Shown here: positions 53,008-64,000 of the stretch, one piece after another
How positions within the stretch are numbered: position 1 is the stretch's first letter
Layout of the letters: every line of letters begins with the position of its first letter
Translations under genes and position numbers: made by a program
DNA from: Felis catus
Taxonomy: Eukaryota
Length of the DNA: 64,000 bases
Direction: 5' to 3'
Assembly (NCBI RefSeq): GCF_018350175.1
Contig: NC_058368.1
Coordinates: 99,636,001 to 99,700,000, forward strand
Notes under the pieces: generated by a model
What the model was told of the DNA's origin: nothing
The model's input: the letters and a program-made list of their open reading frames with translations, nothing else
Database searches by the model: none

Positions 53008-53379
53008 AAACATCTTTTCAATTTTTAATTGATGTAAGTGAATGGATAAGGTACTATCATTTTTTTAGGACAATATCCTATTTACTAGCATCTTTTGTAA
53101 ATACATCTAAGGCCAGCATGGCTTCTTTACTCCTGGCCTACCCCGTCTGAAAACCTTCAAGGTATCTGTATTTTCTATCTCGATGTCTGTTACACATTTC
53201 TATAATGTTAATACATATCTCAAATTGTCAGTATTGCTCAGTCATTAGCAAAAAAAGGGAAAATATATTTTACTTCTGCATTTATCATATTATTTAGAAC
53301 ACTGTGGAATGAACTAGAACAAAGGGAGGATGTATGTGGTAAACACAGACATTACAAGAGTTCCAACTACTGTTCCATT

Positions 53380-53550
53380 TAAGTTTCACAACAGTCCTAT
53401 GAGATACGTAGGTACTCTTGTCCCCAAATGACAGATGTGGAATCTTTGTAGTGGACGCTTGACTTCTCAAAGATGACTCATCCAGTGGAAAGAATGGAAA
53501 CGAAATTCACTTCAGGTAAAAACCTGTAAGTTTTCCATTACATGAAGCTA
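53380..53550 (-). mobile_element. MIR fragment
   Basis: TCACAACAGTCCTATGAGATACGTAGGTACTCTTGTCCCCAAATGACAGATGTGGAA. Confidence 0.7.
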
Positions 53551-54420
53551 CACTCAGGCTTTTATTAAATTAGTACTTGTTCGTTTATGCTACTTATTAT
53601 TTGTTCCATGGGTATATTTTTCTAACTTCCCTTGATTTTATATTCATTAAAGCCAAGTAATAGGTATCATACCACTTTTATGTTCTGTTCATTATAGACA
53701 ATCAGGTTTTCTTACCGTAGCAAATAAAAGCAGTGAGATCATAATGTACCATAAAACATCAAAATGAAGTTTGAATGTTAAAACCTGGATACCCAAAACT
53801 CACAAACATTAACAATCCTATGCCTAATAGGACATCAGGATGAATAATGGCATGAGTTATGTAAATGGCAAACATACATGATTCACCTTAGCACTCAATG
53901 TAATAACTATAAATATTTGTCAAGATGGAAACTCAAAACTAACAACTAGTTGACTCAGAAAAATTCTCTACAAATATTCATGGCAGATGGGTTTCTTGCA
54001 CTGACACAACTTTTCATGGGAGGAACTGTTTCAGAAGTCCATTGTAAAATCTGTAGTCTACGTCAATGTATTTTAGTACATTAAATTATGTGAAATCAAG
54101 CAAACTCTATTTAATAAGCCAAGTAAGTTTCAAAGTACAGGCAGAAAACTATTCTAATGAACATGCGCGGTTATAACATTTTCAAAAGAAAATGTCATAT
54201 AATCAAAATTTCTTATCTCCAATAATGATAAGCCCTAGAACTCCTTTAAGCATTAACGTATTAGGACTTAAAAGTTATTTTCCGAAGATATTTAGGGGAA
54301 AAATCCTTCATTATGAGGTTTTGATGGAAGCTTAGCATCTTACCACAAAAATCACAGTATATATCTTTATTCCCCATTATAGGGCAATATCTCAAAAAAT
54401 AATATGGAATGAGGCAAGGT

Positions 54421-54677
54421 TTTTTTTGTTTTGTTTAAATAATTTTTTTTAAGTTTATTTATTTTTGAGACAGAGAGAGACAGAGCATGAACGGGGGAGG
54501 GGAAGAGAGAGAGGGAGACACAGAATCGGAAGCAGGCTCCAGGCTCTGAACCATCAGCCCAGAGCCCAACGCAGGGCTCAAACTCACGGACCGCGAGATT
54601 GTGACCTGAGCTGAAGTCGGGCGCTTAACCGACTGAGCCACCTAGGCGCTTAACCGACTGAGCCGGCCAGGCGCCCC
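54421..54677 (-). mobile_element. Young Can-SINE with duplicated 5' head
   Basis: CpG-rich; GGCGCTTAACCGACTGAGCC occurs twice. Confidence 0.95.
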
Positions 54678-55039
54678 TGTTTTGTTTTGTTTTTAATTTC
54701 TTTCCTTCAGAAGTTTGCAAATGGGCAACTAAATATGGCTCCTTAAAAAAAAAAAAAAAAATCAAAGCCCATGAAGGATGCTTAAGGATTTTAAAGTATT
54801 TTTCTTCCCACACTGCATCAAAGAAAAAACAAGGCTTTTCACATGTTAACAACAAAGACTGTTATATTCAGGGGAACATACAGAAAGTTTTATTGGTCAT
54901 TTGTGTACATGTACATATATGACAAAGCTTTATTTTAAACTCTTAAACGTTATTAATTACTATGTGATATCAAGAAGATCTATGCATTACACAAGATGCT
55001 GGTGACCTGTACATGATCATGCACAAAACACTGCTGAGA

Positions 55040-56825
55040 GAAGATGAACCATGAAAGAAATTCAGGAACATACTGTGTTCCTAGATGAGATGACTCAACA
55101 TTCTTAATATGCTATTTTTTCCCAAACTTTTTTTTTCCATTGTTTAAATTTTATTTTTGAGAGAGAGTGTGTGCCCAAGCAGGGAAGGGGCAGTGAGTGT
55201 GTGGGACAGAACATCTGAGGCAGGTGCTGTAATGACAGTAGCGAGTCTGACGTGGGGCTCAAACTCACGCACTTGCAGATCATGATCTGAGCAGAAGATG
55301 GATGCTCAACTGACTGAGCCCCTCAGATGCCCCTTCCCCAACTTCTTTAGGGTCCATACAGTCCAACCAAAATCCCACCGTTTATAGTGAAATTGGTAAC
55401 CCAATTCTTAAGTTTATATAGAAATGTCAAGGGCCCATACGTTTGAAAATATTGAAGAAAAAAGGTGGTGAATTTGAGCTACCGATTTTAAAGTTTTAAA
55501 GCAACCAGCGGAGTATTGGCATTAAGATAGATACACAGAAAATGGAGTCCAAAAATACGCTAAAACATCTAGAGTCAATTGGTTTCCAAAAAAGGTACAA
55601 AAGCCATTTAATGGAAAAGTATTTTCAAAAACTGTTTCTGGAATCATTTGATATTTATATGAATATAAATTCTCCAATATTATCTCCCGTCATATAAAAT
55701 AAGCTCAAAATCAATCATAGACCTTAATGTAAAAGCTGGGAACCTTATACCATTTCTTCAAGAAGGCATAGGTAAAAGTTTTTTCTAACTTAAGGTTAAA
55801 AGTTTTGTGCATCAAACAGAAAAAGCATAATTTCTTAATGACTAGTAGTATTCCATCAACATTAACAACATCTGCTATTTGAAAACCAATCAAGAAAACA
55901 AAAATGAAGTCCATAATGAGAACTCACATATCTGAAAATGTCTTTGTAATGCAAAATGTACCTTTTTGAAAAAGAAAAAAATCAAAGTACGATAAGAACA
56001 CAAATAAAAAGCAGACGAAATATGTCAAAACATACTTTACCAAAATAGACATACCAAGGATCCATAAGAAAAGTTGTTCAACATCATGCTTCACTAGTGA
56101 AATGTCAATCAAACCACAATGAGATACCACACCTTTTACAATGTGTACAATTAGAAGCACAGCATACATTGGAAAGAAGGTGGAGAAAATTCAACACTGT
56201 TACTGGGAACGGAAAATGTACAACCACCTTGAGAAATAATTTTGATTTTTTTTTCCAAAGTTAAACACATGCCTGGCATATAACCCAACCATTCTACTTC
56301 TAGCTGTATGGATAAAACATAAATCTAAAGGTGTGTTCCTACAAAGACTTGTACAAGAATGTTAATCACATTCTTATTTCTAATAACCCCAAACTGGAAA
56401 CAATCCAAATTTCCATCAACGAGTGAATCATAAATGAATTACGTAACCTTCAAAAAAAGGGTCCATTACTGAGTAACTAATTGAACAATCTAATGATAAT
56501 GCAACAACATGGATCATTTGAAATAATGCTGAATGAAAAGGTGGGCATACTATAGGGTCATATTTATATCAAACTATGTAAAATAAAAACTAATTTAAAA
56601 TGGAAAAGAAAACAAAAAACAAAAAACAAAGTTGATCCATGATTGTCTGGAATAAGCTCAGTGATTTGGAATGTTTACAAAGAGCACCAGTGAACTCTGC
56701 ATTAACAGATACGGTCATTATCTGGTTAACAGTGATGGCTTCGTGTCTATTTATCTATGTCAAAATATCAGATTATGTACTTGAAATTTATGTATTTATC
56801 AGGGGTTATCTGTACCTCCATCATA
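55040..56825 (+). mobile_element. Old L1M (ME/MC-like) ORF2 end plus 3'UTR
   Basis: AAACCACAATGAGATACCAC, CCCCAAACTGGAAACAATCCAAAT, TGCAACAACATGGAT. Confidence 0.8.
55128..55333 (-). mobile_element. Can-SINE
   Basis: SINE body; TSD-like TTCCC(A/C)AACTT. Confidence 0.9.
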
Positions 56826-57891
56826 CTGTTGCACGTGTTTCTTTATGATCACTGTGTACAAGAAGGCCAGAATATGTCAAGTTGCCCACTCTACTGACTT
56901 CTCCTTCTACCTAATCAAAGTATCGCTTCCCTTTACTTTTCCACTTCAGTTGCTCATCTGAGAACAATGCTCCTTTGAAAACTGATACGATGTTTTCCAC
57001 ATCTTCACATAAATCCTTGTACAGTAATGATGACAAGGTTTAGGTAGACATTTTATCCATGGCAAAACCTGTGTTCCAGTTTTTTCTCTTCGGCTATCAT
57101 AATCAACGACATAAATATTTGTATTTATTATCCAATCTATTCTCAAATAATTAAATTCTTTTCAGGTAATTTTAAAAGACAATCATTTTTTTAAGCACAT
57201 GCAGCATCGATTAACAACGTATTGTTTTACCTCTACCGCTATAAATGTGAATTAGGCAAGACACCTACATGGAAGTTTCTATTTAACAATAGTATCTCCC
57301 TAAAATAGAGTTCACAAATAGGACTGTTAAAGAAAACACATTCTTCTGTTTGCCACTGGTTCAATCCCTTGTCCAAGGAAGTCACTCATCCCTTGAAGAA
57401 CATCAAGACGTATTATAAACTGTGCACAGTGTTATAGAAGATAAAACCCGCAACAGTTAAATGCTGGAATAGTGTCCTGACCTTTTTACAATAGAGCACA
57501 CACAGGGAAAGGTAACATTTATAAGTACAACATGGTAAGGTGAAGCCAGTTATAGCTGGAAGGAGTTCTGTAAATTTCCCGCTCTGTAAAACCATGTCAA
57601 GGGCTACAGGATCCGAATCTCAAACGTGTCCATCACACATGTGTAGCACACTGGGAAGCTCTGGGCTGGGGGATGTTTATGCAGCCTAGGGGATGTTGGT
57701 GTAAACAGGAATACTACATTTCCCATAGCTTCTGTTTTGGGCTAAGTAGGATTTGTTTTCCCTAGGTTTCTCCAACAGCTGCAATCCCTCCAATACCATT
57801 CTTCCCACTTACCTCAGATTTATGCAGAACTATATTCCTGAAGAGGCATGATATATTGACAAGTTTCAGTTTGTCATTTTTTCCTACCCTA

Positions 57892-58085
57892 TGTATTTTA
57901 CCAAACTCACATGTTTGAGTGTGGGAGGGGTAGAGAGGAGAATGTGGAGAGAGAGAATCCCAAGCAGGCTTTGCACTGACAGCAAGGAAGCGTGATGCAG
58001 GGCTTGAAATCATGAACCATGATAACATGACCTGAATCAAGATCAAGAGTCAGATGCTTAACCAACTCAGCCTCCCAGAAGCCCC
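57892..58085 (-). mobile_element. Can-SINE
   Basis: GAGAGAATCCCAAGCAGGC...TCAGATGCTTAACCAACTCAGCC. Confidence 0.9.
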
Positions 58086-58299
58086 AGCCATTTTGTTTTT
58101 TATATAAAAAACTTATGATTACCGTATACTTTGTTAAACTTTTCCATCAATTAAACACAATAGCACATAAGTATGAAATCATATGTATTACTTCTTTACC
58201 TTCAATTCCTCTTGTTTTTAGTATTAGAAATTCAATAGGTCAACTGCTCTAGGAAGCAAAGAGTAAACTTTATCGAAGTCACCCTTTGCCTGGAATGAG

Positions 58300-59800
58300 A
58301 AACAAAAGAAATAATCCCTTTTTATTGTCCCACTTTACTGCCCAGAGAACAGATCATAGTCCCAGTATCGTGAAGAGAAAACCACAATATAGAGGAAAAG
58401 CAGAGCCCAGTCATCTCATTCAGTTAACCAAATGGATCTCGAAGTCTAGAGAAACCAAGGCAGCTAAAATTAATTGGGTAGCTAATCATAAAGGGCAGAG
58501 ACACTAGCCTACAGAGAATCATCTCACATATATGTGAGGAAATTACCTTACACGCAGGAAGGAGTCACCTCAATGTATTTAAAGGAAGAAACCTCTTTTG
58601 TGCAGAAAACCTAATTCAAGAGGCACACGTCCAGCATTCAATAGAGGTTTGCCTCAGAACAAGGATTAAATTGTCCCTAAATAAACCACTGTCCTAGCTC
58701 AATCTAACACAATTTACAAGAAAGACCCCAAAGAATCAAAAGCTTCCAAGTAATTTGACTCCATCTCATAACAGAGCACCAAAATATTTATGGGAACACC
58801 TTAGAATCCAGCACCCACGAAGGCAAAATCCACAAAGGCATCCAATTACAAAATCCCTAGGCAGGTAGAGCAGCAGCAAACTATGACCCATTAATAGCAA
58901 AAATAATAAATAAATCAGCCCAATTTATAAACTGAACTTTGTCAACATTCACAATGCCTGCACTTAAAAAAAAACCACTTCTCCAAGAATTAAAAACAAG
59001 ACACCGACAGTAAAAATCATTTCCAAGCCACGTATGAGATAAAGGATTTCTATACAGACTATAAAAGAACTCCGAATACTGAATTGAATATTTAAACCCC
59101 TAATACACCAAAGTAGATACAGAATCACCAACATCTAAATGAAAAAAAAATATTCAGAAGCATTAATTAAGGAAATGTGAATTAAAACTATGAAACAATA
59201 ACATGCACATGTTCAAGTAATTAATATTTTTAAAGTTTCATCATACCAGGTCACCTGGGTGGCTCAGTTGGTTGGGCCTCCGACTCTTGCTTTTAACTCA
59301 AGTCTTGGTCTGGGGGGGTCATAGGTTCTGGCTCTGTGTTGGGCTCCACACGGAGCATGAAGCCTACTTAAAAAGAAAAAAAAAAGGAGCTTTAGCATAC
59401 CAAGTTTAGTGAGATTTTGAACAAACTCCAACACTCAAACATTAAGGAACGAATGAGAAAACACTTCGCAAAGTATTTTGGCAGCTTCTTAAAAGGCGAA
59501 ACATACAAATGACATATAAGCCAACAAATCCATGTCAAGGCATTCACTCAGGAGAAATGAGACCATCTGTTCACACCAGGATTTGTTCATGAACGTTGAT
59601 AACACCTCTACCTCTAACTTCCAAGAACTAAAAATAATCCAAATAGCCAATAAAGATCAAGGGACAAATGCTGAATGTGTTCTTACAATGAAATACATTT
59701 TCTCCACATTGTGGATCAACCTCAAACTTTTTTAAAGACAACATAGCCAAACAAACCAAAAAAACCTGCACGGTCTAGAACTGTTTACACACAAGTAAAC
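58300..59800 (+). mobile_element. Very old L1M fragments
   Basis: GAATCCAGCACCCACGAAGGCAAAATCCACAAAGGCATCCAATT (5'-region-like) and TTTTGGCAGCTTCTTAAAAGG (ORF2 end-like). Confidence 0.5.
59249..59385 (+). mobile_element. Short old-type Can-SINE
   Basis: CACCTGGGTGGCTCAGTTGGTT...GGCTCCACACGGAGCATGAAGCCTACTTAAAAA. Confidence 0.85.
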
Positions 59801-60141
59801 AGGACAAAACTTAAATTGTACACTCTATAAAAACGATCAATTTCTCAACTTCCAATAGTTTTAAAAGCATTTTTAATCAAACAGTTAAGAAAATATGCCT
59901 GCTGAATTTTGAGCATTATTGTTTTAGGATTTGTAGTCCAACAAAAATCTTAGCATCTTCCATACCTTCGTGAATTTCACACCAGAGGAACGTGATGCGT
60001 TTTGTTGATGAACTCCAGAGAAGAAAATGGCCCACACCTGGAGGAGCCCCTTCTCGGTTGTCTGTCCTCAAATCTGCTCCCTGAGACAGTATTCATGCTG
60101 GTTTTCCCTCTGCTGTACAGCAAGAGACCTGAACTATTAAA

Positions 60142-60163
60142 ACACACACACACACACACACAC
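60142..60163. repeat. (AC)11 microsatellite
   Basis: Direct count. Confidence 0.9.
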
Positions 60164-60524
60164 TTATATTTAAAATACATGAATAAGCCATATTATTTGC
60201 CATAAAATTGGCCTGTGGTAGTTTAACAGATATTTTTGAAAGCTTACCATGCACCAAACACCAATCCATGCTCCGCAGATGACTGAATCACCAAGCAATT
60301 CTGGGGTTTTGTCCTCAGGAATCTGACCTGCTACTGCCAGTGTGGCTAATTTAATTACTGGATCCAGTACTTCACTACTCTTTGTTTCTACATCCTTTTC
60401 CCCTTCCTTTCATTTACAAAAAAAATACTAGAAGTAGTCACCTTGTAGGCTGCCACTTCGTAAAGCCTACCACGGAAAAGCTCCTCCCTTTGCAGGCTGG
60501 CTGTACTCTGTTGACTAATGCTAA

Positions 60525-60710
60525 GACGGTTCTTATACTTCAGTGTGAAACCATTTCACCTGAAGGGCTCGTTAAATACAATTGATGACACCCCCTAGCT
60601 AGTGTTCTTGATTCAGTTGACCTGGGGGGAGCATAAGAATTTGCATTTCTAACAAGTTCCCAGGTAAAACCAATCCTGCTAATCATTAAACCACACCTTG
60701 AGAACCACTG
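60525..60710. mobile_element. MER5A hAT-Charlie DNA transposon
   Basis: AGAATTTGCATTTCTAACAAGTTCCCAGGT and terminal TTGAGAACCACTG. Confidence 0.88.
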
Positions 60711-60804
60711 TGTTAGAAGCCCAAACAGGTGCTAATAAGAATGGAAGGAGAGGCTGATTCACGGAGAAAAATATTGTGACTCTTTAAGAACCAGTCTTAG
60801 CTTG

Positions 60805-60925
60805 CCTAGAAATGGTGAGAGTGGGCATCTTTGCCTTGTTCCTGATCCTAGAGTTTCCAGATATTTTGCTTTTGAGTATGATGTTAGCTGTGGGCTTATC
60901 ATTTATGACATTTGTTATATTAAGA
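60805..60925 (-). mobile_element. L1 ORF2 fragment
   Basis: GGTGAGAGTGGGCATCTTTGCCTTGTTCCTGATC...GATGTTAGCTGTGGGC. Confidence 0.85.
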
Positions 60926-60944
60926 AAATTTCTATTTCTAGGGT

Positions 60945-61625
60945 TTTTTTAAATTTGAGAGGTCATTAACATAGAGCATTATATTCATTTCAGGTGTACA
61001 ACATAATAATTCCATATTTTTATATATTGCAAAATGATAACCACAGTAAATCTAGTTAACCATCAACACACATAGTTACATCACTTTTTCTTGTAATGAG
61101 TAATTTTAAGATTTTCTCTAAGCAACTTTCAAATATGCAATAGAGTATTATCAACTGTAGTCACCATGCTGTACATGACATCCCCATGACTTCATTTATT
61201 TTATAGTCGCAATCCCTTTAGAATCTCTTTATCCATTTTGCCCACCCTCTACCTCCCATTTCTGGCAACCAATGATGTGTTCTCTGTATATGTGAGTTCA
61301 GTTTTGCTGTTTTTTAAGTAATTTTTTCATTTTATTTATTTTTGAGAGAGACAGAGACAACATGAGCAGGGGAGGGGCAAAGAGAGAGAGAGAGGGAGAG
61401 AATCCCAAGCAGGCTCTACGCTGTCAGTGCAGAGCCCAATGTGGAGCTCAAACTCATGAAACCATGAAATCATGACCTGGGCCAAAACCAAAAGTTGGAC
61501 ACTTAACCGACTGAGTCACCCAGGCACCCCAGTTTTTGTTGTATTAGATTCTACATATAAGTCAGATCATAGGGTTTTTGTCTTTGACTTACTTAGAATA
61601 ATGCCCTCAAGGTTATCCATGTTAT
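60945..61625 (-). mobile_element. L1 3' end with nested SINE
   Basis: TTCAGGTGTACAACATAAT, AGCAACTTTCAAATATGCAATA, ACATCCCCATGACTT. Confidence 0.88.
61322..61530 (-). mobile_element. Can-SINE
   Basis: Full SINE; TSD-like AGTTTT(T)G(C/T)TGT. Confidence 0.94.
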
Positions 61626-61634
61626 TGTATGCAC

Positions 61635-61895
61635 CTTTGTTGTTTCTTAGTGTGCAGCTGTTATCACTACAATCTCTGCATCTGTCATCCCATGACATTT
61701 TCCTTGCGTGTCTCCATCCAAATTCCTCCCTACTAACTGGGATTCCAATCATATTAAGTGATGGCCCATCCTATGACCTCATATTATAACTTGACTCTAT
61801 CGGCAAACACCCCATTCACAAATAAGGTCCTGTGTCCAGGTACCAGAGGCTATGACTTCAACATATCTTTGGCAGGGACACAAGTCAACCCATAA
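61635..61895 (-). mobile_element. MLT1B/C-like MaLR LTR fragment
   Basis: ATGACCTCAT...CAAATAAGGTC...GACTTCAACATATCTTTGGCAGGGACACAAGTCAACCCATAA. Confidence 0.8.
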
Positions 61896-63010
61896 TGAGA
61901 CCAAGTCATTTCAGTAAGGAAGATCTATGAGCAATTTTGTAATCAAGTCTGTACTTTCCTTTTTATTTTTTTCTCCCCTGGTAAGACACCTATAATTTAG
62001 GTGTATTTTTCTTTTCTAGGGACACAATTCTCTTTTTTCCCTTGGATTTTTTAGGGATTCCTTTCTTTCAATGAGAAAGAATCACCAAATTGGCTTTCTT
62101 CCCAGGATTTATATGTATATATTGATTAGTCATTATCATTTTTTTCTGTATAATTCAATGCAGCACACCAGGGGAACCATTTAATGATAGTTCACAAGAA
62201 GAAGAAGGGAAGGCTGTTCTGCTCAGTTTGGGTGCACTCTGAATCATTTTGGGAGACCCTAAGAAATTCAGGGATCAGTGTAGGATTGGTTGCTCTTTCT
62301 GAGTTGAGATTAGGGAAAGTGGGAACAATCTAGTGATGGAGCACTACTCTGTGGTAAGAATAGCTTAGCAATAAGGTATCCTCAGTAATACATGGGTGTA
62401 GAAATATAGGACTGGGATCATCATTGATAACAAAGCAGTCATCAGTCAAAGAGGGGGGCTGTTTGGCATTCTTCACCAGCAACACAACTTGCCTTTGGGG
62501 AGAACGATGTTTCATGTTAACTTTGCCGCTGCCTTTACTGTGTATGTTCTCTAGACTGAATCATTGCTGGGCTGCTTTTCTCATTGTTGGTCCGACTTGC
62601 TCTTTCTCTGTTTCAGTTTGGTGAGCTCTTTACTCTCTCATGACTGAAATTCTCCATGGAGTGGACTGTTGCCAAACATCCTTACTTCACATTGTCCAAC
62701 GATCACTGTAGAGGTCAGTTTCTTCATAAATCATGCTCCTTAAAGGTTATGTTTTTACAGAGGAACTTTTGTTTTTTAATCTCTGCTGCCTCTTATTGAT
62801 ATTGATTTTGGTTGGTTTGGGAAAGAGAGACAGTTAAGAAATGCCATGCTCCTCCACACTTTACTCAAGCGGTGAAATTATTTTTATTTTACGTCACAAT
62901 AAGCATGTGAAATGGAATCTTAGGATTTATTCAACATAAAATGAGTTTGATAGGGATGCAACTATGCAATGATAATATGATCAGTTAGCAACTACAGTAA
63001 AAAATAATAT

Positions 63011-63218
63011 ATTTTTTAAGTTTATTTATTTATTTCGAGACAAAGTGAGAGTGTGAGTTCGGGAGGGCTAGAGAGCAAGGGAGACAGAGAATCCCAAGCA
63101 GGTTCCCCACTGTCACCAAAAAGTCTGATGCAGGGCTCGATCTCACAAACTATGAGATCATGACCTGAGTTGAAATCGAGAGTCAGACGCTTAATTGACT
63201 GAGCCACCCAGATGCCCC
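63011..63218 (-). mobile_element. Can-SINE
   Basis: TSD TACAGTAAAAA. Confidence 0.94.
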
Positions 63219-63623
63219 TACAGTAAAAATTAAATTACAGAATGGAAATGGTTATTTTGTTGACATGTAGATGTAATTTCTGATTAACACAAGATTATGT
63301 CAAAATACAAACAACACCTTTTTGGAAAGTAATCACCTACCCAGTTATTTTTATACAATCTGTGTTTTCCCACAAGTTGGAAAATGAGTATTATTCTATA
63401 TATAGCCCTAGGGAGATCCCCCTTATTCAAAACTGGAGTTTTAAGTAAAAAATCATCAGTTTAGAGAAATGGCAAAGAGATGGATATAGATTATTTTAGG
63501 ATTTTGGTGGTACATAAAAATATGGAAATTGACTTTATGAAGCACATTTTAAGGGCACAGAAGTATAATATCTTAATAATAATCATGAAAAAAAAATTAG
63601 TTTTTTAAAAAGTCTTTAAAGCT

Positions 63624-63830
63624 GGGGCACCTGGGTGGCTCAGTTCGTTGTGTCTGACTTCAGCTCAGGTCATGATCTTGCGGTTCATGGGTTCAAGCCC
63701 CGCATCAGGCTCTGTGCTGACAGCTCAGAGCCTGGAGCCTGCTTCAGATTATTTGTCTCTCTCTCACTCTGCCCCTCACCCACTCACACTCTGTCTCTCT
63801 TTGTATCTCAAAAATAAATAAACATTTTAA
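63624..63830 (+). mobile_element. Can-SINE
   Basis: TSD AAAAAGTCTTTAAA. Confidence 0.94.
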
Positions 63831-64000
63831 AAAAAGTCTTTAAAACTAAGTGAAAATCATGAGCGTTTGGAAATAATTGAACAATTTTAATGGATGTACA
63901 AAAAAAAAAAAAAACTCACACACCCCTGAAACTATAATAAACCTGGTCACTGCACAGCATTTCACTTCATTTGTATTTGCAAAATTCATTTTCTGGTACA

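Noticed and set aside
56930..57045. Plus-strand exon-like segment with one open frame (CSSENNAPLKTDTMFSTSSHKSLYSNDDK)
   Set aside because: Weak donor (AAG|GTTTAG) and unrecognised peptide; expected by chance
62520..62626. Plus-strand 66-nt exon-like segment (TTCTCTAG ... TTG|GTGAGC)
   Set aside because: Pyrimidine-rich, intron-like composition and no recognisable peptide
3204..63817. Recurring ORFs of the type MAQSVKRPTSAQVMIS...SLEPASDSVSPSLS
   Set aside because: Translations of Can-SINEs, not a protein family
764..63830. tRNA-like A/B boxes
   Set aside because: All belong to tRNA-derived Can-SINE heads; no complete tRNA cloverleaf seen

Overview
Mammalian, AT-rich, repeat-dense genomic DNA from a carnivore, most likely a felid: it carries about 34 tRNA-derived Can-SINEs, including young CpG-rich copies of the felid SINEC_Fc type. 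I recognise no host protein-coding gene, RNA gene or CpG-island promoter, so the window looks intronic or intergenic. By eye, well over half is interspersed repeat: LINE-1 of several ages (young felid-type 3' end, carnivore/L1MA9-like, older L1MB/MC/ME-like), plus L2, MIR, MLT1/MLT2/MER21-like LTRs, MER5 DNA transposons and microsatellites. Nearly all ORFs in the track are repeat-derived or spurious; only 933-1397 is a recognisable protein fragment (L1 ORF2p C-terminus). I found no new gene system. The most interesting signals are structural: a chimeric SINE with a duplicated flank, best explained by unequal crossover between a filled and an empty insertion allele (43.3-43.9 kb); a TSD-flanked ~0.9 kb mini-L1 made of 5'UTR plus 3' end only (34.4-35.3 kb); an L1 endonuclease region replaced by an L1 3'UTR patch; a SINE with a duplicated A-box head; a strong plus-strand L1 bias; and a few weak minus-strand exon candidates. 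Repeat family names come from my recall of consensus sequences, not from a RepeatMasker run, and repeat boundaries are approximate.
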